Source: Chloroflexota bacterium
GTDB lineage: Bacteria > Chloroflexota > Dehalococcoidia > GIF9 > AB-539-J10
Assembly: GCA_048621695.1 (NCBI GenBank)
Contig: JBMCVZ010000002.1
Location: forward strand, 1-34,093
Direction: 5' to 3'
Length of the DNA: 34,093 nt
The position numbers and the translations under genes are program-made. Positions 27,026-34,039 of this stretch are shown piece by piece; positions within the stretch are counted from its first letter, which is position 1; the number at the start of each line of letters is the position of its first letter. The notes under the pieces are model-generated. The model was given only the letters and a program-made list of their open reading frames with translations, did no database searches and was not told where the DNA came from.

Positions 27026-28566
27026 AGGGGCTCTGTATGCGCGCAATAGTTAGTGTTTCGGATAAATCAGGGGTAGTTGATTTTGCCCGAGGTCTAAAGG
27101 AGCTGGGCATTGATATATTCAGCACTGGCGGTACCAAGAAGGCTTTAGAGGCCGCTGGGATAAAAACACATAGCGTATCCGAGCTTACTGGCTTTCCTGA
27201 AATCCTCGATGGCCGGGTGAAAACCTTGCATCCCGCGGTGCATGGAGGCCTTTTGGCCCGGCGTGACCTTCCCCAGCATCTATCCGAGCTAACCCAGAAC
27301 CGCATTGAACCCATTGACATGGTGGTGGTCAACCTTTACCCCTTTGTGGAGACCGTGAGCAAGGCTGGAGTTTCCTTAGACGAGGCGCTAGAGAACATCG
27401 ATATTGGAGGACCTAGCATGCTTCGTTCCGCAGCCAAAAACTTCCCCTCCGTCCTGGTAGTGGTCGATCCCGGCGATTACGATACAATCTTGCAAAAGCT
27501 GCGACAGGCCAACATAGATTCAGAATATAGGAAGCGATTAGCCCAGAAAGCTTTCCAGCATGTTGCCCTTTATGATACGGCCATCGCTCAATACCTTAAC
27601 GAAGAGTCCTTCCCCGAAGAGATGACCATAGCCTTAAAGAAGTGCTACAACCTTCGATATGGCGAGAATCCCCATCAGCAAGCTGCCTTTTATTTTGAGC
27701 AAAACGTGAGACGAAGAGAGGATGGCCTGGCAGCCCTGGAACGGCTCGGCGGACCGGAAATTTCCTTCAATAATCTTCTCGATTTAGACGCTGCATTAAA
27801 CGTGTTGAGTGATTTTACTGCTCCCACCGTTGCTATAATGAAACATACTAATTCCTGCGGACTTGCTTCCCATAATGATTTAGCCGAGGCTTACCGGCGG
27901 GCCCTAACCGGCGACCCTGTAGCTGCCTTTGGCGGCATAGTTGCTACCAACCGAATTATTGATTTAGCTACTGCCAGGGAAATAGATAAGCACCATTACG
28001 ACGCCGTTATCGCACCAGAATATGAAAAAGGGGCTCTGGAATTACTTAAACGCAAAGAAAGCCTGCGCCTTGCTAAGGTTACCCCCTATAGTCCTTCGCC
28101 ATCCCAACTGTATTTCGATTTCCGCTATATCAGAGGCGGCTTTCTGACCCAGATGCCGGATAGTTTAACCGAAGACGAACTCAAGCCTCGCGTCGTAACC
28201 AAGCGCCAACCAAGCGAGACAGAGTTATCGGATCTGCTCTTTGCCTGGAAGGCAGTCAAAGGCATAAAATCCAACGCCATAGTTATAGCCAAGGATAAGA
28301 CATTGTTGGGCATGGGAGCCGGGCAGCCGAGCCGAGTGGTAAGCGTTGAGCTAGCTTTGAAAAAATCTGGCGACAGGACTAAAAACAGTGTCCTTGCCTC
28401 AGATGCCTTCTTCCCCTTTACCGACGGTCCAGAATTGGCAATCAAGGGCGGAGTGACTGCCATTATCCAGCCCGGTGGCTCGGTAAGGGACAACGAGGTA
28501 ATTGAGTTGGCAGATAAATATAATGTCGCTATGGTATTTACCGGTGTTCGCCATTTTAAGCACTGA
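27022..28566 (+). CDS. purH: Bifunctional AICAR transformylase / IMP cyclohydrolase
   Basis: Contains RAIVSVSDKSG (MGS-like domain), RYGENPHQ and IIQPGGSVRD. Confidence 0.95.
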   Translation: MKGLCMRAIVSVSDKSGVVDFARGLKELGIDIFSTGGTKKALEAAGIKTHSVSELTGFPEILDGRVKTLHPAVHGGLLARRDLPQHLSELTQNRIEPIDMVVVNLYPFVETVSKAGVSLDEALENIDIGGPSMLRSAAKNFPSVLVVVDPGDYDTILQKLRQANIDSEYRKRLAQKAFQHVALYDTAIAQYLNEESFPEEMTIALKKCYNLRYGENPHQQAAFYFEQNVRRREDGLAALERLGGPEISFNNLLDLDAALNVLSDFTAPTVAIMKHTNSCGLASHNDLAEAYRRALTGDPVAAFGGIVATNRIIDLATAREIDKHHYDAVIAPEYEKGALELLKRKESLRLAKVTPYSPSPSQLYFDFRYIRGGFLTQMPDSLTEDELKPRVVTKRQPSETELSDLLFAWKAVKGIKSNAIVIAKDKTLLGMGAGQPSRVVSVELALKKSGDRTKNSVLASDAFFPFTDGPELAIKGGVTAIIQPGGSVRDNEVIELADKYNVAMVFTGVRHFKH

Positions 28567-28589
28567 CTTTTCACAAAGTAGAGGGAAAA

Positions 28590-28964
28590 ATGTTAGGAAA
28601 TAGGCAGGCTGTAGTATTTAGAAACCTTATGCCCGAGATCCCATCAACCACATATGCCACTTTCGGTCTCTACAAATATCCCGCTAAATTCATCCCTCAA
28701 GTGATAGCCTATGCTTTGACAAATTATGGTCGCCCAGGTATGAGTGTAATTGACCCTTTCGCTGGTTATGGAACTGTGGGAACAGTGGCTAGGCTATGCG
28801 GAAATGATTACGAACTGTGGGACTTAAACCCACTCTTAAAGTATCTTCATTCTGTGGCTATCATGCATCCAATAGAAATTGATTCAAAGGCCCTTGTGCG
28901 AAACATCAGGTACACCGAAGAGCTCTTTAACATTGCAGTCACATCACCAATTTACGCAAGCTAA
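28590..28964 (+). pseudogene. Truncated SAM-dependent DNA/RNA methyltransferase (motifs X-I-II-IV only; stops right after motif IV)
   Basis: YKYPAKFIPQVIAYAL is a pre-motif I helix, as in Trm11/UPF0020-like and N6/N4 methyltransferases. VIDPFAGYGTVG is the FxGxG motif I, and YELWDLNP is motif II. VTSPIYAS is a degenerate (S/N)PPY motif IV and is followed at once by TAA. No frame continues the catalytic domain, and 124 aa is too short for a methyltransferase. Confidence 0.6.
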
Positions 28965-28986
28965 GTGGATTGAAAAGGCAATAATC

Positions 28987-29733
28987 ATGAAATGGAACGA
29001 CTTGATTGAACTGATAATGAGCAGGAACAACGGGATAGCCTCTCTTAATTTTCTCTATCGGCAAGCTCCCAATTATAGAGAATTGCCCTCCAGAGACTGG
29101 CAAAAAACACTCAGAGGCGTTTTATATAGAGAAGTGCACAGGGGTAGGTTTAAGAAAATTGGTTTAGGCGTTTATGCATTATCAAGCTACGAAGATGAAA
29201 CGGCTGCCTATTCTTATGCCTTGAGAAGCAGACCAGTCAACGAATATATGAAAGATATAAAGGATTACCATAGTGCGATTGAAGGAATGTTAATTGAGAT
29301 TGGAAATTTCTTTGAATATATAACATACACAAGCGACCTTAATAAAAGCTTTGATGGTAAAAGGTTAAGAGAGCTATGCGCAGTAACAAATGTCCCAGAG
29401 TTTACATATCCTGAACTACGGACACTTATTTCAAAGTCCGACACAATTTGGTTTTCAAAATCCAGACTTCTGTTCCCAAAGTATATTTTCGAGGTTGAAT
29501 CGACTACAGACTTCACAAGCTCCATGCTAAAAATGTACCAATTGCTGAATTTCGATGCGAAATTCATTCTTGTCGCTTCAGAGGGTAGAAAAGATATATT
29601 CACAGACCGGATTAACAAAGAACCTTTTTCTAAAGAGGCGCATAAGTTTTGGTTTCGCTCATTTAAAGACGTGATAGAACTTTATTTCAATTCTGTTGAA
29701 CATTACGAATTAAAATCCAGATTTCTTTCGTAG
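28987..29733 (+). CDS. Winged-helix + PD-(D/E)xK nuclease-like protein (putative restriction-type endonuclease)
   Basis: 248 aa counted from MKWNDL. The N-terminus has WQKTLRGVLYREVHRGRFKKIGLGVYAL, resembling an Mrr_N-like wHTH. The C-terminus has HSAIEGMLIEIGNFF, SDTIWF and YIFEVESTTDFTSSMLKMYQL, consistent with a D...E-x-E/K restriction-endonuclease-fold core. Local GC is about 30% by spot count. Confidence 0.55.
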   Translation: MKWNDLIELIMSRNNGIASLNFLYRQAPNYRELPSRDWQKTLRGVLYREVHRGRFKKIGLGVYALSSYEDETAAYSYALRSRPVNEYMKDIKDYHSAIEGMLIEIGNFFEYITYTSDLNKSFDGKRLRELCAVTNVPEFTYPELRTLISKSDTIWFSKSRLLFPKYIFEVESTTDFTSSMLKMYQLLNFDAKFILVASEGRKDIFTDRINKEPFSKEAHKFWFRSFKDVIELYFNSVEHYELKSRFLS

Positions 29734-29748
29734 GAACGGGAAGCTGAT

Positions 29749-29928
29749 ATGAAAATTTTACAGGAAAAGCAACCAGAGACGGTAAAATTGGAACGTATCT
29801 CGGTAAGGGTTAAGTTCTTTTATGCTAAAACGAGCAAGCCAGATGAATTTATAGAGGAACTTGAACAACTATGCCAAAAATACTGCCATTTGGGCGATTT
29901 CTTCTTCAAATATAGTATCGAAGATTAG
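29749..29928 (+). CDS. Orphan small ORF (59 aa)
   Basis: Not in the ORF track. My translation is MKILQEKQPETVKLERISVRVKFFYAKTSKPDEFIEELEQLCQKYCHLGDFFFKYSIED*. It starts 15 nt after the nuclease-like gene. No recognisable family. Confidence 0.3.
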   Translation: MKILQEKQPETVKLERISVRVKFFYAKTSKPDEFIEELEQLCQKYCHLGDFFFKYSIED

Positions 29929-29990
29929 CGTCAGTAAACAGATCTGGTCATGAACATATAAAATGTTAGACAACTGCGAGAATGAGGCTT

Positions 29991-30024
29991 TTGTCATTTC
30001 CAGTGCCAAGAAGTATGGTATTAT
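29991..30024 (+). promoter_or_regulatory. Promoter candidate for the 106-aa ORF (and possibly the downstream pncA-pncB fusion)
   Basis: Either TTGTCA (29991-29996), a 17-nt spacer and TATGGT, or an extended -10 TGgTATTAT (30016-30024). GAGGGG lies ahead of ATG 30053. Confidence 0.35.
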
Positions 30025-30052
30025 CACTTGATCCGAGGGGATAATTACGAGA

Positions 30053-30373
30053 ATGCTTATAATTAGCAAAGAGGCTTTGCAAAGCGCTATGTCGCTCAAG
30101 GAGAAAATAGCTGACGTCGAAAAAAGGGCAGAGTGTATTGCTGATGTAGAGAATATGATAAAAATAAAAGAATCGCACATAGCGAGGGCAGAGTTGGCTT
30201 CTTGTTGTGACAACATCTGCAATTTGGTACCACAGATAGAGAGCGAACTACAGATGCTCCAGAAGATCTTAGAGGTTTTAAGGAATGGGGATAGCACGAA
30301 GGCGCATTCTTTGTTAGAAGATTACATTGGCTTCTTGCAGGAAAGCTATAGTCCTCAACCTGATCACTGGTGA
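30053..30373 (+). CDS. Orphan helical/coiled-coil small protein (106 aa)
   Basis: ORF rich in E/K/L/I heptad-like sequence (KEKIADVEKRAECIADVENMIKIKESHIARAEL). About 32% GC. Its stop TGA at 30371-30373 lies 4 nt before ATG 30378 of the next gene. No family recognised. Confidence 0.4.
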   Translation: MLIISKEALQSAMSLKEKIADVEKRAECIADVENMIKIKESHIARAELASCCDNICNLVPQIESELQMLQKILEVLRNGDSTKAHSLLEDYIGFLQESYSPQPDHW

Positions 30374-30377
30374 GGTC

Positions 30378-31904
30378 ATGGCCAGAGTAGTAATTGTAAC
30401 AGATATGTTACGTGGCTTTCTCGAGGAAGGCTATCCGCTTTATTGCGGCATCGAGGCTCGTCGTATCATACCTAATGTCCAGAAATTACTGGAGCGCGAG
30501 TTAGAACAGGGCTCGAAAATATTCTACTTGTGCGACCACCATACACCCGACGACCCCGAATTTAAAATGTTCCCACCCCATTGCATTGAAGGTACTGAGG
30601 AAGCTGAACTCATACCCGAGCTTTCGCAATACTCCGGTGAGATAATACCAAAAAGCACTTTCAGCAGCTTCTACAACACTTCCCTGGACAAGAAACTGGA
30701 GGCAATCAAGCCCGAAGCTATAGTCGTTTGCGGCGTAACCACCCATATTTGTGTTTTGCAGGCAGTAATTGATGCCAGAAACAGAGGCTATGAAGTTGAA
30801 GTCCCCGTTGATTGTGTTGCTTCCTTCGACAAAAAAGCTCACGCCTTCGCCCTGGACTATATGGATAGTGTGCTGGGAGCCAGGCTCATAAAACCTTTGG
30901 CCAAGGTTTCTCCACCTCATTTCGAAATCCCGGATTCCTGGTTGAACGGGGAAACTGCCGATATCTATTTTCCCCGCACCGTCGAAATACTTAGGAAAGA
31001 AGGAATCAATCCCGTAGCAACTATGGAGGTATTTCCTAGCCGGGCGGGTATCTTGTGTGGTATAGAAGAAGTTAAATCTTTGCTGACAGAAGTTCTTCCT
31101 GAGGATAATTGTGAAGTATGGGCGTTATCTCGAGGCGAGTCTTTCGAAAGAAAAGAAGTGGTCTTGCGCATAAAAGCTCCTTATCAAAGCTACGGAAGTT
31201 ATGAAACAGCTTATCTAGGAATACTCTCCCATTGCAGCGGCTGGGCCACCGCTGCCCGAGAATGTGTTGATGCTGCCCAAGGCATTCCTGTCATCAGCTT
31301 TGGAGCCCGCCATGTACACCCCTCAGTGGTCGGCATTATGGAATACTCCGCGATAGTCGCAGGTTGCACTGGCTGCGCCAGTACTTCTGGGGCAAAACTT
31401 GCCGGTATCGAACCTACAGGAACCATTCCCCACGCCCTCATCATTATTATGGACAGCACTGCCAAGGCCACTCTTGCTTTTGACAAGCATATGCCTTCCG
31501 AAGTTCCCCGCATTGCTCTGGTGGATACTTTTGAGGACGAGGTCAGAGAAAGTGTAACAGTGGCCAAAGCGATGCAAGGAAAGTTACAGGGCGTAAGATT
31601 AGATACACCATCAGAAAGAGGTCGAGTTACTGCTGACCTGGTCAAAGAAGTTAGAGCCTGGCTGGACCTCGATGGATTCAAGGATGTGCAAATAGTGGTC
31701 AGCGGTGGACTTAACCCGGAACGAATCAGATATTTTATCGATGAAGTAGCGCCCGTGGATATCTTTGCAGTTGGCAGCTACATCACCGATGCTAAGCCCA
31801 TTAATTTCACCGCCGACCTCCACGAAATAGAAGGCAAACCCATCGCCAAAAGAGGCAGAATGCCCGGCATCACCCCCAACCCCAGGCTGAAAAGAGTGAT
31901 GTAA
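30378..31904 (+). CDS. Fusion protein: isochorismatase-family cysteine hydrolase (nicotinamidase-like) + archaeal-type nicotinate phosphoribosyltransferase
   Basis: The N-terminal ~180 aa has MARVVIVTDML (catalytic Asp), IIPKSTFS (Lys) and VVCGVTTHICV (Cys). CDHHTPDDPEF...PPHC may be metal ligands. The C-terminal ~330 aa has GETADIYFPRTVEILRKEG, GARHVHP, GTIPHAL, RLDTPSERG and VSGGLN, as in the TDVYFxRT class of NAPRTases. I placed the start at ATG 30378, preceded by GGTGAGG, rather than the track TTG at 30327. Confidence 0.75.
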   Translation: MARVVIVTDMLRGFLEEGYPLYCGIEARRIIPNVQKLLERELEQGSKIFYLCDHHTPDDPEFKMFPPHCIEGTEEAELIPELSQYSGEIIPKSTFSSFYNTSLDKKLEAIKPEAIVVCGVTTHICVLQAVIDARNRGYEVEVPVDCVASFDKKAHAFALDYMDSVLGARLIKPLAKVSPPHFEIPDSWLNGETADIYFPRTVEILRKEGINPVATMEVFPSRAGILCGIEEVKSLLTEVLPEDNCEVWALSRGESFERKEVVLRIKAPYQSYGSYETAYLGILSHCSGWATAARECVDAAQGIPVISFGARHVHPSVVGIMEYSAIVAGCTGCASTSGAKLAGIEPTGTIPHALIIIMDSTAKATLAFDKHMPSEVPRIALVDTFEDEVRESVTVAKAMQGKLQGVRLDTPSERGRVTADLVKEVRAWLDLDGFKDVQIVVSGGLNPERIRYFIDEVAPVDIFAVGSYITDAKPINFTADLHEIEGKPIAKRGRMPGITPNPRLKRVM

Positions 31905-32012
31905 AACTCCCAGCAGAGCTTGATCACACTTATTCATGTTCTGATTGCTGAGCTCGGGCAGGCTGCTGTTCACTGCGAGCACCCCCCGTCTTTTGTTCTT
32001 GCAAGCAATTCG

Positions 32013-32056
32013 CTTCTTGTCATTCTGAGCCGCGACTTGTCGGGATGAAGAATCTC
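32013..32056. repeat. Degenerate copy of the GTCATTCTGAGC...GAAGAATCTC (H3) element
   Basis: CTTCTTGTCATTCTGAGC...GAAGAATCTC matches the ends of unit 3 at 33121-33152. The central part differs. Confidence 0.5.
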
Positions 32057-32140
32057 ACCTCACTCGCACAGGAGCATTTTGTATGCCCTTTGGCCGCGAA
32101 GATGGCTATGGCAGACATAACAGGCAGGTTTTTAAGCTTT

Positions 32141-32213
32141 CCCCTCTTAAGATAAGATGGGAAAGGGGAGTTATGAAAGTAACCCCCTTTATCCCCCTTA
32201 TTCTAAGGGGGAT
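32141..32213. repeat. Two H2 hairpin-repeat copies in inverted orientation
   Basis: 32141-32179 (CCCCTCTTAAGATAAGATGGGAAAGGGGAGTTATGAAAG) matches the reverse complement of 766-800 at about 31 of 39 positions. 32181-32213 is a forward-type copy with the hairpin CCCCTTA-ttc-TAAGGGG. Confidence 0.7.
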
Positions 32214-33003
32214 ATGCTTTTCTTATTTCTTCCACCACCCTGGGTAATGTCTCGCCTGTCTTCCCCTGAATTAAATAGTCTGACACGCCTTCGTGGGTGA
32301 GCGGCGTAGGGTCCGCATTTACCTCTATTATCTTTACATTAGCCGAACGAAATCTTGCCATCCTGGGTAGATTGGCAAAAGGATAAACCACTGCTGATGT
32401 TCCACAAATAAGCATCAGGTCACACTTCGAAGCTTCTATTTCTGATTCCTCCATTACATCCGAAGGTATTGGCTCCTTGAAGTGAACCACATCATATTTC
32501 AGGGCAGCACCACACTTACAGTACGGTGGAAGCTCGTCCAGCGAGACTTCTTCTCTGGCAAACCTCGAGCCGCAAGAAATACATCTCAGGGCGTTTACGC
32601 TACCGTGATATTCTAAAACCTTCTTATTCCCCGCCTTTTTATGTAGACCATCGATGTTTTGCGTGATTACGCACTTCAGTATTCCCAGAGCCTCGAGCTC
32701 GGCTAGAGCATAATGACCTGGATTTGGCTCGGCCTGCCTGATTTGTTCATAAAACGTCCCGTATGTCCCATGAATTCCGAGCACTTCTTCCCAGTACGCC
32801 CTGGCGTTATTCAGAAAAAGTTCGTATCTTTGATAAGCCTTAGCCTCTGCCTCTTTATTCGTAGTCCAGATCCCCTTTGGTCCCCTGAAATCAGGTATGT
32901 CCGATTCGGTCGATATGCCCGCCCCGGTTAATGCGATGGCATACGTACTTTCCGCTAAATCCTTTGCTGCCCGCTTGATTAGAGTCTCCATATTCATCCG
33001 CAA
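32203..33003 (-). CDS. cobB: NAD-dependent protein deacylase, Sir2/CobB family
   Basis: Contains LTGAGISTESDIPDFRG, ITQNIDGLH and the catalytic His in LEYHGS. Zn ribbon formed by CISCG...CKCG. The start may be M5 (METLIK, 32991). Confidence 0.9.
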   Translation of the reverse strand: MRMNMETLIKRAAKDLAESTYAIALTGAGISTESDIPDFRGPKGIWTTNKEAEAKAYQRYELFLNNARAYWEEVLGIHGTYGTFYEQIRQAEPNPGHYALAELEALGILKCVITQNIDGLHKKAGNKKVLEYHGSVNALRCISCGSRFAREEVSLDELPPYCKCGAALKYDVVHFKEPIPSDVMEESEIEASKCDLMLICGTSAVVYPFANLPRMARFRSANVKIIEVNADPTPLTHEGVSDYLIQGKTGETLPRVVEEIRKAYPP

Positions 33004-33075
33004 GACACTACTATTGTGGCAAAATCCAGCCTCTTTGCCAAACTCGCGAAAAAGAGAGTGTTTAACAACATCCAG

Positions 33076-33199
33076 TTGTCATTCTGAGCCCCTTGCTTCT
33101 TGTCATTCTGAGCCCTTTGCTTCTTGTCATTCTGAGCGAAGCGAAGAATCTCGGAGATTCTTCGTTATCCCCATTTCATCAGGACTCCTCAGAATGACA
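33076..33199. repeat. 2.6 tandem copies of a 24-nt unit followed by nested palindromes (H3 element)
   Basis: Units TTGTCATTCTGAGCCCCTTGCTTC (33076-33099) and TTGTCATTCTGAGCCCTTTGCTTC (33100-33123), then a third start at 33124. Near-perfect palindrome CGAAGAATCTC-g-GAGATTCTTCG at 33142-33164. Outer inverted repeat GTCATTCTGAG (33126-33136) / CTCAGAATGAC (33189-33199). Confidence 0.85.
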
Positions 33200-33213
33200 T
33201 TGCCAAACACTCT

Positions 33214-34039
33214 TCAAGCGAAACCAATCCCCTCTATCTCTATAATACTGCCATTGATTTTTGTCCTGGCGCCAAGAAACTCCTCGATAAGCCACAGGTT
33301 TGTCTCCACATGTTCAGTAATGCGGGGCACTGAATACGTGGTGATCCCCTCAGCTAAGCCGGCATAGATTATAAGCTGGTCTGCAATATATCTATCAACT
33401 GCGGCGCCAGTTTTGACATCCTCTATAAACCTCTCCGCCACATATCTCCCTATTGATTCCGAGCTCCTACCCGGCCTCCCTCCCCTGTCGGAACCTATCC
33501 GGTTGCCCGAGCTCGTCTCGGCATATATCGCCAGGGCTGCTCCTTCTTGAAGGGAGCTTTCATCATCAATTATCTCAATTTCTCCTTTATAACCATAAGA
33601 GCTTAATACCTTCTGGCATTCCGCTGCCATCCTCTGGCTTACTCTCTTTTCTTTCAAGTGCGAGGAAAGCGCCATTCCCTTTACACTCAAAATCTCCCCC
33701 CGCTCGGTAATATTTAAAGCCTTCAATTCCCCTGCCGGCTCGACTCTAACTTCTATAATCCCCCCACCTCTCGGCACATAGCCAGGACGCATTATGTCAA
33801 GTCCAGCCCGGACACCCATTCGTTCTAGAAACGGCAGCAAAACAAACTTCGTATGATAAGCCGAAGGGGCAAAGTCTTGAAACAGTCCGCCTTCCAGCCT
33901 GAATTTGGAGGGCTTCCGGGCAAAGCAGGCCAGAGGCAAAAGCGTCTGGGCCATCATGGTGGTTGAGCCCGCCGTCCCTATATCCCAGCTATGCTCTCCT
34001 CCATTGAACCTTCCACCGGGTGTGTAGGTAATCTCTTTA
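33214..34039 (-). pseudogene. rtcA: RNA 3'-terminal phosphate cyclase, 5'-truncated (lacks about 75 N-terminal codons)
   Basis: The track ORF starts at MMAQTLLP, but the frame is open further upstream: ..TKEITYTPGGRFNGGEHSWDIGTAGSTTMMAQTLLPLACFA. This aligns with E. coli RtcA ..[37 protein letters not shown] (residues ~75-110, from memory). An in-frame TAA and unrelated sequence lie beyond about 34040, so the EGGGQ N-terminal region is missing. Confidence 0.75.

Noticed and set aside
28879-28986. The N-terminal extension of track ORF 28879..29733, and the idea that a +1 frameshift fuses the methyltransferase to the nuclease-like protein.
   Set aside because: The extension overlaps the methyltransferase frame and has no motif content. 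A fusion would join motif IV directly to a winged-helix domain, skipping motifs V-VIII that the methyltransferase fold needs. MKWNDL at 28987 is the more sensible start.
29869-30297. The 142-aa minus-strand ORF (and 29966..30178) inside the AT-rich islet.
   Set aside because: Its S/I/L/F-rich low-complexity composition is typical of the antisense of an E/K-rich AT-rich gene. The plus-strand ORFs have RBS and promoter-like signals and coherent helical sequence. I cannot fully exclude it.
32203-33003. Sir2 protein as a defence-type NADase effector (Thoeris/DSR/SIR2-HerA-like), given the neighbouring islet.
   Set aside because: It has the full canonical sirtuin signature: GAGIS..S.IPDFRG, QNIDGLH, the catalytic His and a Cys4 zinc ribbon. 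At 266 aa it has no extra sensor or partner domains. That fits a housekeeping CobB-type deacylase.
32897-33367. The 156-aa plus-strand ORF spanning the cobB-rtcA spacer.
   Set aside because: Its middle (CHSEPLASCHSEPFASCHSERSEESRRF) is simply the translated tandem/palindromic repeat. Its ends are antisense to cobB and rtcA. It is almost certainly not a gene. The ORFs at 686..997, 735..974 and 2794..3000 are likewise translated H1/H2 repeats.
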